Shown here: positions 26,796-40,245 of the stretch, piece after piece | How positions within the stretch are numbered: position 1 is the stretch's first letter | How the letters are laid out: each line of letters starts with the position of its first letter | Source of the DNA: Trichoplax adhaerens | Taxonomy: Eukaryota > Animalia > Placozoa | Length of the DNA: 64,000 nucleotides | Reading direction: 5' to 3' | Assembly (NCBI RefSeq): GCF_000150275.1 | Contig: NW_002060948.1 | Location: 248,001 to 312,000 of the forward strand | Notes under the pieces: generated by a model | Databases searched by the model: none | Told to the model about the DNA's origin: nothing | What the model saw: only the letters and a program-made list of their open reading frames with translations | Program-made: the position numbers and the translations under genes

Positions 26796-27097
26796 ACACT
26801 CTACAAGCTGACTCTACCAGCTGACGGTACCAGATTAGGGCCTGGCCTCCAACTTGACTGGAGGGTCTCTAGGGGATCTCAAGGCCACACTATGCAACTT
26901 TTCAACGTTTCATGACCCGCAAAGAATGAATTGACCCTGGAGTAAAGTCAGACCTGTTTCGATGACACTGTAATAAGACACGATCGAGTGATTCTAGTCT
27001 ACTGTAAACTGCCTGCGTTATTTACCTATTCGATAGGATCAATGTTAGCCAAGTAAAAACTTTAAAAATTAGCAAAGGATCGACGACGAAAGCAGAC

Positions 27098-29506
27098 ATG
27101 GAAGCAGAGAATGGTAAATCAACACAAGAAAATACTGGAATGGATGCAAGTACCGAAGCAGAAAACTTAGATCAAAAGATCATGGATCAGATGGAACTGA
27201 TAAGGAAAGAGATAGAAGAATCTGTACCGTTACTTAGCCATAAAGAGGACATAGCCTCATTGGCTAAAGAATATCCTCCGGACGATGCTATTTACCAAGG
27301 CAAAATACGATCATTATATTCCAGTTATCGATGGATAAGGAGAACTCGTCGTGATGGTAACTGCTTTTATAGAGCTTTTGGTATTTCATTGATGGAAATG
27401 CTTAAGCAAAATCCCGATGAATATCATAGGTATGTTGAAACTCCAAGGAGATGACCTGATAAGCTAGCTAGTCAAGTAGACATCCTGCACAAATAATTTC
27501 TTGCTGCAGTTTGAATGCAGTTACGATCTGTTGTATAAGCAAGTGCTGGCTGCCACGACACTGTGATATTCAATGATATCGAAAATAGAATGCAATAAAT
27601 AAATTCAATTCAAAAATATTATTCTACTACAAAGCTGTTAACTAGATACTGACTATTACTAAATAGAATAACTACATTTATGATATTGTATTGTATCCAT
27701 CATCCATGAGATACCACATACTCCAATGGACACACTAGTCTACTCATGACGCTTAAAAACTTCGCGGAAATACTATGCCAAATAATTCCTTATCCAACCC
27801 GATTGTACATTATAAAGTGATGAATATAATTATATAATAGTTAACTGGTATACACTGATTCGGGTTATAACCTAGTGTAATCAAGACGGGCATAGAATTA
27901 CTTGTATTACCTAACATGAGTGGTATTAAAGCGATAAGTTCAAGGTATAGTAGAAGTTTAACAACTGAGTGATAAATGCTTCATCTATCGTACATTGCGT
28001 CGAGTAATACTTGCATAGTATTGAACAAATACGTGCATTATGACACTATATTTTCGTATTAAAAATCGTATTGAAATCCTATTGCGCTGACAAAGTGGCT
28101 CCGTAATATATCTATGCCGCACTGTACCATGGACTACCAGAAGAAACCTCTCGGTTTTCTTCTAAAAATCCATGACTGTACAATTTACATATCAACGCTT
28201 AAATAGTTATTTCTTAAATTATTTCCCGAAAATCAATACCATGACTTCATTCATGGCTTTTAGCTAATTTTTACTTTTAGTCATATAAATTAATTATATG
28301 TCGCAAGAGACTATCAACTAAGTAACAATGTATTTATATATCGTATAGATATACGTACGAAGTAAAGTGCGCCATTTTTAGCCGTAACTTTTAGGTGCAA
28401 TCTCCTTATTTCTAGCCCGCTTCATATCTGCTTTAATTTATTTAGGGGCCTGAAATAGTTTCTTAAATTTACAATCAGTGTAATTAATTAAACTTACATT
28501 CTCGCCTGTTTTAAAGTTAAATTGCTCCCTACAGTTGTTACGTTTATTTTGATCTTTAGTAATATCTGAAATTATATCAATACTTCTGATTTAGAGTTTA
28601 CAAAGTCATCGAAGAAAGCAAAGACCGATTAATAGAACTTGGCTATCAAGCTTTTATCATTGAAGATTTCCATCAAACTGTGAGTAATAAATAATAGGCT
28701 AAATATTTTATAAAATCTACTATATTTATAATTTTATATCGACCATAAACATCTTCTTCTTGAACAGCATTCATATCAAAATGGATATAATATAATGTCA
28801 ACTTGCTATTCAATCATTCTTCGATGTACCGATTACATCAATTTTCGATTAAATGACAATTAAAGACTGTGCCAGCCATATTATTCACTTTTTTTCGACT
28901 CTTCCTGCTTACGCAATCATTACATGCAATAGCTCGAATTCCTATGCATTACTGTATATCTTCAAATTACATGTAAACAGATACCAGAGTCTAAAAATAT
29001 GTCAGTTTACACTTGGAGATAAATGTACTAACCGATTTAAAACAAAAGCTGAAATTTACTAATGAGTGGCATACTGATTTTTGCTAACTAGAATATTATT
29101 TTATCGAAAATAGGTTCTTACTTTGCTAAAGAATGTTCGTAAAGACGATTGCACTAACGATGAATTGGTAGAATGGTTTAATGATCGAGATCTATCAAAT
29201 TACTTCGTCGTCTACTTCAGATTATTGACATCGGCCCATTTAAAGACTAATGCAGAATTTTTTGAAAACTTTATAGATGGATATCAATCAGTAAAGGATT
29301 TTTGTTCTTACGAAGTTGAGCCTATTGGTAAAGAAAGCGATCACATTCATGCTATCGCTTTAACAGGATTCCTTAATACGGCTATTGAGATTGTATACTT
29401 GAACCATACGGATGATGATCTTTCCAAACATCGATTTCCGGAACATTCCGCTCCACAGTTTACTTTACTGTATCGCCCTGGCCATTATGACGTCCTGTAC
29501 AAATAA
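27098..29506 (+). CDS. OTUB1: Otubain (OTU deubiquitinase, OTUB1/2 family)
   Basis: Exons 27098-27429, 28595-28679 and 29114-29506. Catalytic motifs RRTRRDGNCFYRAF and LLYRPGHYDVLY, plus EVEPIGKESDHIH. It is probably a co-ortholog of vertebrate OTUB1 and OTUB2. Confidence 0.95.
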
Positions 29507-31460
29507 GATGTCCGTACTGTAATTTGTATAAATGGATTTTAAACTCTACCGTTGTATCAAGAAGTTTATGACATTGATAAGATCACTTGAGGAGTCTACC
29601 CCACTAAAATCTATGAGACATTTTACTGCATGCTATTGGGAAAATTTGGGGCTGATAAATTGAGCACATGTGGGCATACTTAATGTCACATAAAATTCGA
29701 ATTATGACTAATATATTTCTTCCCTCATATAATCACGACTTATTGATAGCATTAATATTTGTTCCGATTGTTTTATTTCTTTTTCTGCTATATTAATTAA
29801 GATTTGATTATTAATCCGATCAACGCTGTGGCTAGAGTTACGGCGTATTACCGACTGTTAGCACTGGAAGGAAACGTCGAACGTTACTGTGCGTAGACTT
29901 GTTGTTATTATATTATTAATTGTTGAAATTTCTTAAGGTTGTGTTATACACGTTTGATACTACGTTTTTCAATAAATATTAAGTAACTATTAGCGGTTAC
30001 GTTCCTTTACTTAAGATGCTATATCCATTAATCGAACAGTAGCAAACTAGAAATCATAAAAAGATACTTATCTACAAATTATCAGTTTACCGATAAGCTT
30101 ATTCCCGACAATATAGCACTCAATCCTATTATATTTTCTGAAATATTGATAAATTTCACATTACATGTAATCAAAAAATTTATCCATTCAGCTAAATTTC
30201 GATTAGCTTAACCATTGATCTATTATAAGAAATTAAAGTAGGAGATAACAACAGAATAAGGTCTGATGGCACGAATTGTCACTTTACATTATTAATACGT
30301 ATTTTGGGTATTTATGTAGTGCTTAATTTTACAGATTCCGCTTGCTATTATACAGTAAATTCACTGTATAAGCTTCAATTCTCTACTCAAGTTCCGTATA
30401 TCTGTAATATGCGTACATCATGGTGCAATTGCAACGCCAGCTGAATATGGATTGCGTAATAGATCGCTTTTAAAATTAGTAAGATTATAGTCCGATAAAC
30501 TGTAATCGGTATTACTACGAACCATTAATTTTTACTGGTACAAAGGTCCGCGAACAGCTTTCATTTAAAATCTTGTCAATATGTTTTACATTATAATAAG
30601 AAAATTATGCAAACTTTTGCAGACTTTACCTTATGATGTTAAATAGGGATGTTACGCTTAGAGTGTGGCTAGTAAATCGAATATACGTATTTTATAATCT
30701 CACATGCAACGCATACTGCCTTTACCTTATAAAGCTATAAACCTGTGATCACAGAAATCTTGGCACATAACAAATTTATTGATCAATGAGCCTTCATACA
30801 ATACTGCATCAAATACACATTACTTCTCATTGATAAGATAGAGACAAAATTTGAGGATAAATTATAATAATTATCATCGCCGAGCGATCAGATACTTATC
30901 TGTTAAATATTATTGCAAGAAATTTTAGGAGTTTAACATTAATTTAAATTGGTACTGTTGTCGTTATCGACAATAAACTATTCTTAACCCTGTACGAGGC
31001 TATCTTCAGTGTACAATATTCGTCCTTATTCCAAATACTTATCGGAATGGAAGTAGTATCTTATTGATGCTCCTGAAAGAAAATTTAAAGCACAAGCAAT
31101 AATTTATCCCTAAAAATTGTAATGTACGCCATCAGTATTAGTCATCGTTGTATTTATTTTTAATACTGATGTACAGGATTTACGTATCTTCGGTATTGCT
31201 ATAATATAGTTTAATTGCATAGCTATGGGCTATAGGACACAAGAATTGTTAAAAATGACTGCATGGAGCAAGCATTCAATAAAATTACTTAACTATTTCA
31301 AGATGGAGTAAAAACAGGAAAAAGCAAATGAGGAATAAAATATGTAATTCGATGTATTCAGCAATAACATAACTTTTGGTAGAAAGATAAAAGTGAAAAG
31401 GCTACTGTATTAAGACGCTAATGATATCAGTTTTAATCTTCATCATATTTCGCTGAGATT

Positions 31461-34400
31461 TTATTTCTTCTTCAATGAGGTGTAAGCATAATATTCTTCT
31501 TCTTCAGCTTGATTATGTAACTTGCCTTTACGTAGTAAAGCGTTATAAACTGCTATGATAACCATGAGATTTAATATACCAACAATGACAATAGTAAATT
31601 CATAAGAAAGATCAGTAACCTTGCTTGTTAATAATAATTGATTTCTACGATGAGTGAAATCACTCATGATACCTTTTATGAATGCATCATTGCCAAATGC
31701 CAAAAAAATATGAAGCCATTGATGACTATGGCCGATTATATCAAACTGGCCAGGTGCTAGGCGTTCTGGTAGCCTAGCAATATTGCTCACAAATGACATA
31801 GCGTACCAAAACCAGTTGAGATAATAATAGCGTAAGGCTTCAGGATTGCAAGCATCAACAGGACATGAGGAAATGCGATAGAATAACGGGAGAGCATTGT
31901 AAAAGTAAGGTACCGTAAACGCTAAAGTACGAATTAGGTAGCGAAATCTTAACCATTTATGTCTAGATATGCACGTGAGGAGACATATAACGTTAGATAT
32001 CACTACAGAAATAGATAAGAACAATATTCTATGACGATAGAACCAATCGCTGTCTGCTTCGAGCGCAGGTCTGGCGTAAAACAAGAAAGAAAATCCTCCA
32101 CATATAGAATATAAGCAAATACCAGCGTAGTCTATGTAGTAACAGGTATGGCGGACATTTGCTGACAGGCAACAAAATAAGTGTGCTACACTACTAAAGC
32201 CAAGGAAGCCACATGAACCAATCGCGGTAATGATTATTCCGCGTACATATGGGTCCGATATATCATTCTTTAAGAAAAATTGCACGTAATTAAAAGCGAA
32301 ATATAAGCAGGGGATGAGATGCGTCCATACATTTAAAGTTTCATTTGTCCGTTGAAATAAAGACCTGAAGATAAAAAATTTATTGTTGCTGTTAGTATAA
32401 TGCATACGAGTACCCGTATATACGTATTGCATGAATAAGCATACGATCAATCATAGAATATTAAGATATACGAATACCTTACTCGTGTGTGTATTTTACC
32501 TTACGATATACGCATTAAGTAAGATATTAAATAAACAACACTATAATTTACAGCATTACACTAAATATTGAATTAGAATATTGAATTAGAATCTCCATTG
32601 TAAATTTAATTTATAGTTTATTAGCCTGGCGTAATTTTACTGTACTGTACATCAAGGCAGAGCTCCCAGTCGTTTCAAAGCCAATAAAATTCTAAATAAT
32701 GAAATTAAATTATCAACTGCTTAATTATCGTAATGTAAAATTGCACGTACTCACCTACAGTTTTATCACCTACCCTCAAAAACTGAAATACACTAACTAA
32801 TGAACGTATAGGAGTGTAATGTAAATACTTATACTAGCAACTGAGCTAAACCAAAATATGGTAAATTACTACAATTATTTTGATTGGTATTTTAAGCCAA
32901 GCTCAGTTCAAATATCAACATTTCAATGAAAACTTGATTTTGATTCACTAATTACCATATGTTTCTGGGATTAAATAATACTACATGATATGAATTGAAT
33001 GCTATACGTGCCAATGGTAATCTAACACACACCATACTTCGCAAACAGCGATATACTCATAGTATTAATCAAACTTTGTGCGTTATATCTTACCGTATCT
33101 GCTGCAAATAGCATTTAAGCAATATTATAGCATACTGTATAATGGTACACGCTACATTTATCCTTAAATAATTGTAAAATTGTCATTTTACTCATAATAT
33201 GTAAAGTATTCAAACGACAGCTATAAATATTCTTTCCTGGTGCACCATTAAGTATTAGCGTATTAAGAACTTTTTTTCATTTATAAAAATAGTTTACCCA
33301 ACTGCGGGCACGGACTGCTAGAGAGATTTCATTGAAGGAATATCTCTAAATTAATTTCTGACTATAGCTGTACACTGTACAACATACAGTATGCCTTACA
33401 TGCAAAAGGATGTAGAGCATCAGTAACCAATCCTCCATATATAATATACTGCATATTAAATAGGGAACAATACCAAATACTCGAATAGTTTAATGATTGA
33501 AATACTTAATTGATGTCATCACGTAATTTATAAACTAATTATTTAATCTAATGACTGATCCAGTCATGGAAGCATATGAGAGCCCACTACCAATATATAA
33601 TTAATCATTACTTTCAATACCTATTCAGTTTCGTCAAAGATAAGAGAACCTAATTCAAAATTTGGCATGAAAAAGTAACTGTAGTGACACTAAAGACCCT
33701 AAAAAGTAATATTTTTACCGGTCTAAGCTATGCTAAAGCTGTACTCTTTTAAAGAAATATTCTCCTTTAGTATCATAAGTACGTGCTATGTAGTAGTAGT
33801 AACAAATCATACTTGTATTTTATATATATTGTGTACAATTATAAGTGCCACAATAAAGGAAATTTCTATTATAGAAATGACAATGAGTACTAAATCTTAA
33901 ATCCAGTTGATTTCATCTGTCAATCTTTGAAGATCTACGCACCGCGAGCGAAATTAGAATGCATATTGTAGTAAATATTAATATACTACTGCAAGTGAAG
34001 CCGTCTAGTCAAAGCTCCAGTACATGTAATGTTTAATCAAAGTTTACTGTAAATACTACAAGACAATCCTACGCGTAAAAGGAAAAAAAATTGAATGATT
34101 CTAATTATTATACGAGTAATTGCATACCGTATTATAAAAAAAAAAGTAGGTAATGATCATTTGAAAGAGAATAAGGACGCAACTTGTAAGGATATAAAAT
34201 CACTCAGACTACTTAGTAATGCGTGTTTAAGGGTCAGTTTAATATTGATGGTAAGAGATTTAAAAAGTGGCATGTATACTGCACAGTATTTCAATATCAT
34301 AGCATTAGCCATCAGTTGGCTCTTTTAGGAAATTTGTCCATCAATAAAAATTCTTCATTTCCTAACACGTGTTTCTACAACTCTCACCGAAAGCAAACTG

Positions 34401-34545
34401 AAAGGTCTGAGAATAACGGGCGATATCCAGATAGTATATACGGTTCTCGATAGAAACTTGGAATTTGTTTTGCTGTCAATAGCTTTTGATGAAAGGTTTT
34501 CTTGTTATCTCGATGACAAGTTGATCTTGCGATTGGTGCACCCAT
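31461..34545 (-). CDS. PAQR family membrane progestin receptor-like protein (paralog 1)
   Basis: Exons 34388-34545 and 31461-32364. Motifs FYREPYILSGYR, NETLNVWTH, SSVAHLF, IDYAGI and PERLAPGQFDIIGHSHQWLH, with multiple hydrophobic helices. Confidence 0.92.
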
Positions 34546-36871
34546 AGCGCAATGTTGATTCTCCTTCAATAATGATAATTACAACAGCAATTTCATATAG
34601 ACGATCCTCAATGGAATAAAATCCTATACGAATATATCAACAAACTGTAAGTGAAGATCTCTCTTCAAACAATATTAGTTGGATGATCCAATCGCAGGAT
34701 CAATCGCCCAGAGGTGCACTCAAAATCGGCTCAAGTTGCTGCAACCCAAGATGAAATTGAATGGAAGCTGGCGAGGTCACTAAGGTTTATGTAAATCTCT
34801 GCTATGATACCAACTGAACAGCCAGCACAGTGCAGTACAGTACACTCAGTTGCCGTTGTTTTACTCACTCTGCAGTGCTCATACTGTACAGTACTATAGA
34901 CGTCTTGGAAGGATAAACTATGAAAAGGCAATGTGTAGAATACTGTACTGTACAGCACTGTACTCCAGTTGTAGTGTACACTATATAAACTAAACTAAAC
35001 TGACTTTTATTTAATTAACGCTGGACAAGGAGATGAACAACGCTTCAAAATCAAAATCAAATTGAACTTGTATAGAATCAGTCTTGAGTCTACAATCAAG
35101 ACAACTCGTAGATACTGTATACTGAAAGTTGGATTCCATTTTGACTATTTTTATAAAATATGAGAGTGCACAACTGCACATCCTAATAAAGAATAGAAGT
35201 ACGAGACGCCAACGACTCTTTCTTCTCATTGGCCAGTGTCTTATTACGTCAGTTCCATACAGAAAGCCCCCCTTGTCTCTGTGGTCAGTTCAATTCGTAT
35301 TTTCCACAGAATTAATCCAAAAAATAACATAGTTTTTATCAAAATGCAAATTAAGTCAAAAACCACTAGAATCTCACACAAGATACTACAACTGTCGAAC
35401 TAAGAAACGACTCAATTTTCCCCTTAGCAGTCTTTAGATAGTCTTCAATTTCACTCGAATAATTTCACTCGACTTTGTTACTTCCCAGTTACATAAAGCC
35501 TCAGAGAAAGTGGTTAAGTAAAGTAGTACCATCGACAAGAAAATGATCTATGCCTACATTCGAATAATCGAGCTACTACAACTAAGTCTATCGAGATTTG
35601 TTATTCACAAATTACATACAAACTTAAAAGATAACACCTAAATTAGAGTTTGTAGAACAATAATTCATTGTTATAATAATTTTAATGTCGAATGTATAAT
35701 CATAAAAAGTAATGTGATCAGCATTCTAATGGATGTGTTTCCATATGGTTTGACCTGTCTACTATCCTTTCATTTTAAAAGATTTCTGTGAAGTTGATCT
35801 TTATTATGAGGTTTTGCAGCAAGAACATCATTTGGTTGGGATAGGAATACATTTAATGCGGTAATATACCGTTATTTATATGCAGTACTTGTAGGTATGA
35901 TGGGAGTGTAGATTAGATCATCTCATGCCCGGAAAATATTTTACCAAAAAAAGTAGTGATACATTATCCGACCTTTTCGCTATGTTTATTAGGTATTGTA
36001 GTTCATATTCAATTCATTTCTGATTGATAGTTCAATCCACTTTTTATGAACTCATCAAATTGGAACGGCGAATATCTGTACTAAATGCATCAAAATTGGG
36101 TCCGCAACGACCAAAGAATCACTGCTATCACTTAACTATGGCTATAATCTCATATTTTATCATCTTATTTTCGTTTGAAAATTTAGAAAGATTGATACTA
36201 CTCTTACTCAATAGGCTATATGTTTTCAGTGTTCAATTTATCGGATAAATATTTTTCATATCTATCAATATGGCTTTTAAATTATGACTACGACGACACT
36301 TTTACAGTAGCATAGCTACATGTTGATAATAGTTTAATTTTTTATTGTCTAACTGTAAACAAATCAATGATGATTGTTGTACGTGGTAAGATGTATTTTC
36401 TTTATTAATCAGTCGGAAAATTGTAAAAATGGCAAACCTCCCACTACTATAAGTGTGGTAATAACAGTCATTGAAACATAGTTGTAAATATTTCCTATCA
36501 AAGCTACCCTTTATTATAAAATAGTAATATTGACTTATAAAAACATTTTACGTCGTTAAGCTTAGAGCAGCACGTATGTGGCTTCGCGTAATGCTATAAA
36601 AATAAAAGATACATACCAAAAATAACGAGTAAGAGGTCCTAGTAAATAAAAAGTGATATATTTACCACAATATAGCAACCATACAATTATGAAACGTCCG
36701 GTAACCTAGCACCGGAAAATTTTCAAATAAGTTACTATAAAGAAAGATTAAAATAATAAATGATTCTCTATGGCTAACTGAGTTCTGATACATTGTACTT
36801 TGTCTTTGAGATTGGGTCATTAGTGGTACTATCCATTGGTATCCATCATTTACAACGTTATATCACAGCTA

Positions 36872-38221
36872 TTAATCCATTTTGGCATGCCTAGCTAGTT
36901 TGTAGCTACAAATACTAACTATCAATGCATTCAAAAGAATTGCAAGCATCATTGATCCAATGGTTATAAAGAAACTTGGCGCATCAGACGGCATGTACTT
37001 TGGCCTACATGCATTTACATCAAATTCCAAAGAATTTATTTGCTCCACAGTTCCTAAACTTAAAAATACATGAAACCATTGATGGCTATGACCAATGACA
37101 TCAAATTTTCCAGGAGCAAATTTCTCAGGAATTTTGAAAACATAAGCGGTAATTGCTGCTACATACCACGACCATTGGCGAACAAGATGAGTTGCTGAAG
37201 GCAATTGATTTTGCCAAAAGAGCCACAAGCTTGGACTTGTATTGAATATTAAGTTAATTGCAAAAGCTCCTGTTCTTATGACCGCTCCTGTTGACCTCCA
37301 ATAATGTCTTGAAATACACGATACTAAACAAACACTTAAAGATACACCAAATGATAATATCGTGAAGGCAATTTGTGACAATGGGTAATTATTGGTCGGC
37401 GCGTTTGGTAATACGTATAGATTATAGTAAGTAATTCCAGCACCCATAGCATAAATACAAATACCAGAATAGTCGATGTAGAAACATGTATGACGATATT
37501 TTATGGACATTGAACAAAACAAGTGTGCAATACTGCTGGCCAAATGATAGAATATAATGCCAATGTAATTTGGCATGAAAGGATAATATTGAAATTCGAA
37601 ACAGCCGCTATCATTATTTGAATAGAATTGAATGGCTCTATTCAAAAAGTAAATAATTGGTAGGAAATGCGTCCAAACATTTAAAGTTTCGTTGCTAGCT
37701 CGAATTAACGATCTGCAAAATGATCATAGCAATGAAGAATAAGTTTACAAATCTTTGAATGCATAGCCAACAGCAACGTACATTAAAGAATATCAAATGG
37801 ATATCATGATTGATTTAAAAATGTCAAGCACTTACAGATACAAGTACAGTACAGTCAATTCGAGGTTATTTTCTACAGTTAATACACGTAAACTGTGCAA
37901 TGCTTGTATGCCCATAGCTTCATCGCTATTATACTGTATTTGATCTGACTACTTAGTTTTTTACCTATCATACAGTATCCTAGTTGATGTCATATTATGA
38001 CACTACAATAAAAAGAGTACTGTTAATTACCCTTTATTCCACGAGATATATTACAAAGTTGTAGAAATTTTATGAATAAATTACCTTAAGCAGCTCTTGC
38101 AAGTAGAGCATGGTTCACGATAACCAGTTAAAATATAAGGTTCACGATATTGAGTTGGCATTTGATGGACTGGTAAATAAGAAATGCTGTTTGATTTCCT
38201 CATTTCAGTCATGTTCACCAT
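36872..38221 (-). CDS. PAQR family membrane progestin receptor-like protein (paralog 2)
   Basis: Exons 38085-38221 and 36872-37712. Motifs QYREPYILTGYR, NETLNVWTH, SSIAHLF, IDYSGI and PEKFAPGKFDVIGHSHQWFH. The phase-2 intron is at the same position as in paralog 1. Confidence 0.92.
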
Positions 38222-38983
38222 CTGCCGTTGGAATCGTTAAAATCAAACAAGATTGGGTCAATTTTCGTTTAAAATAGGATACGGCAGTACTACAAATAGA
38301 GCTTGAGTTTTCAAGGAGGTAATAGGATGATGATAGCACTCGCAGACTAATTTCAATCTACAGAATTTATATAAGCAAGGCATGAATAAGTTTCGAAATT
38401 TTATCGGTCATTGCATTGAGATAAAATGTAGAAGTTACAAGGAGTAAGGATGAGCAAACCTTATACCAATATTAGCACTTTGAAAGAGAACTGCATCCTC
38501 CTTGAAATTTTAATTTTTACGCCTAACCCTAGTTGAATATTTGCAAGACAGTTTATAAAGGCACATTGGATTGAAACATAAGAAAGACAAATGATCAAGA
38601 GTATGCTGTCATTACATTTAACAAAACAAACAAGCAGGATCCAATTTTTCAATTTTAACCACAGTATAAGAATAGAGTTTAGGATTACCAATAACGCCCA
38701 AGCTACTCGAATGGCTTGGCTTAAAATGATACTCGTCTATCTCGTCGATGAAGTTGATTTTAAAGGGTTAACCACACGCGCCGGTAAGAAAGCACCGAGA
38801 TCATTGGCCTATTTACAGTTAATTAATACCGAGGTCATCATACTGCCTAATGGAGTATCATCTGAGGAAGGTTCATGACAGATCTGCGACCCCTATCGAT
38901 TTAGTCTCTGTAGACAGTCTCGATGCCTAGTTGTCTGACTTAGGCATCGAGTTTAATAACTGCTTCTCTCTGATTGACTTTAC

Positions 38984-38997
38984 GTTGCCATGGCAGC
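38984..38997. promoter_or_regulatory. Candidate RFX X-box upstream of PAQR paralog 2
   Basis: GTTGCCATGGCAGC is one mismatch from the palindromic X-box GTTGCCATGGCAAC. Confidence 0.45.
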
Positions 38998-39337
38998 ATC
39001 TCCATCATGATGGATCCTATAGTAGTAATTCTACTACTAACAACAGTATAGTGCGGTACTCAAATAGATTCAATGATTTACTTATTGATTCTAATTAATT
39101 CATTATTAAATTAATAGGTAAATCAAAGGTGCGATCTTTTTACGAAGCTTTCTCCAGCGCGCTTCTCGTCCATGTACAATGTACACTGAACACTATACAC
39201 TATACAGTACTGTACGCGTACTATCACAGTGTCAACATGGTAGTCCAAATTTCAATACTAATCATGATAAATACGAGTCAATATTAAAATTTGAAAAATC
39301 AATGGTGAGATCGATCACTGTCAGCGAGTTCGACAGT

Positions 39338-40245
39338 ACTATTTTTTAGAGATTTCTAATAAGAGTAAACCTTCAAAGTCTCTGGTATACTGTATCATTT
39401 GTTCTTTGAGTAATCCTTGATTAACTAATTAACAATCGAATGAAGACTTACTTATAGTCGCGAGTACTAGCAGCACACGCCCCTTTCTAACTTACAATCT
39501 ACAACTGTACTAGGAACTTCGAAGAGGAATTAGGGACTGAAGTCTCGCTACGCTACTCAAAGCGTAACAAATGTGGAGGCCATTACTCTAAATGGGTACA
39601 GTAAAGAGTAGTGTCAAAAATAATGTGAAATTGTTTGTAGACGCCTGGTAATAGTTAGTAATACGAAGGACCTTAAAAAGTTAACCCGAAACCTGACTTG
39701 CACTCGGATTCGAGAGAGGGATTCGGCTTAAGTAATTCTATTCTGATACAGTATACTGTACAGTATACTGTTTACTGGCATACTATTTCTTTTAGGAAAT
39801 TCTAATAAGAGCAAACCTTCAAAGTCCCTGGTATACTGTATCATTCCTTCCTTTAGTAGCCGTTGATTTAGTCATTAGCAATCGAATGAAGACTTATTTG
39901 TAGTCCCTAGTACTTATAGCACACGCCCCTTTCTCACTTAGACAATTTACAACGGTAGCAGGGACTGCTAAAAGATAGAAAATCTCTTTCTCAGGACTGT
40001 CTGACAGTAGTTAGGGACTTCTGAGAGGAATTAAGGACTGAAATCTCACTACTCAAAGTGTAACAAATAAGGAGGCCATTACTCGAAATGACTACAGCGT
40101 AGAGTGGTGTCCAAAATGATGTGGAATTGTTTGCAGACGCCTAGTAATAGCTAGTACGAAAGACCTTAAAAAGCCAAGCCGAAACCCGACTTTGAATTCG
40201 GACTCGAAGGAGAGATTCGTCTTGAGTAATTCTTTCCTGATACAG
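39338..40245. repeat. Diverged direct duplication (~415 and ~465 bp copies) in the PAQR2/EXOC5 divergent intergenic region
   Basis: Copies 39338-39752 and 39781-40245 share collinear blocks (TTCTAATAAGAG.AAACCTTCAAAGTC, CAATCGAATGAAGACTTA, GCACACGCCCCTTTCT, GGAGGCCATTACTC, GACCTTAAAAAG). Copy 2 has a ~50 bp insertion. Confidence 0.9.

Noticed and set aside
26570-26915. Overlapping Tyr/Cys/Thr/Val-rich ORFs (also 19152-19496 and 34731-34958)
   Set aside because: They are translations of the CAGTA/TACTG low-complexity arrays.
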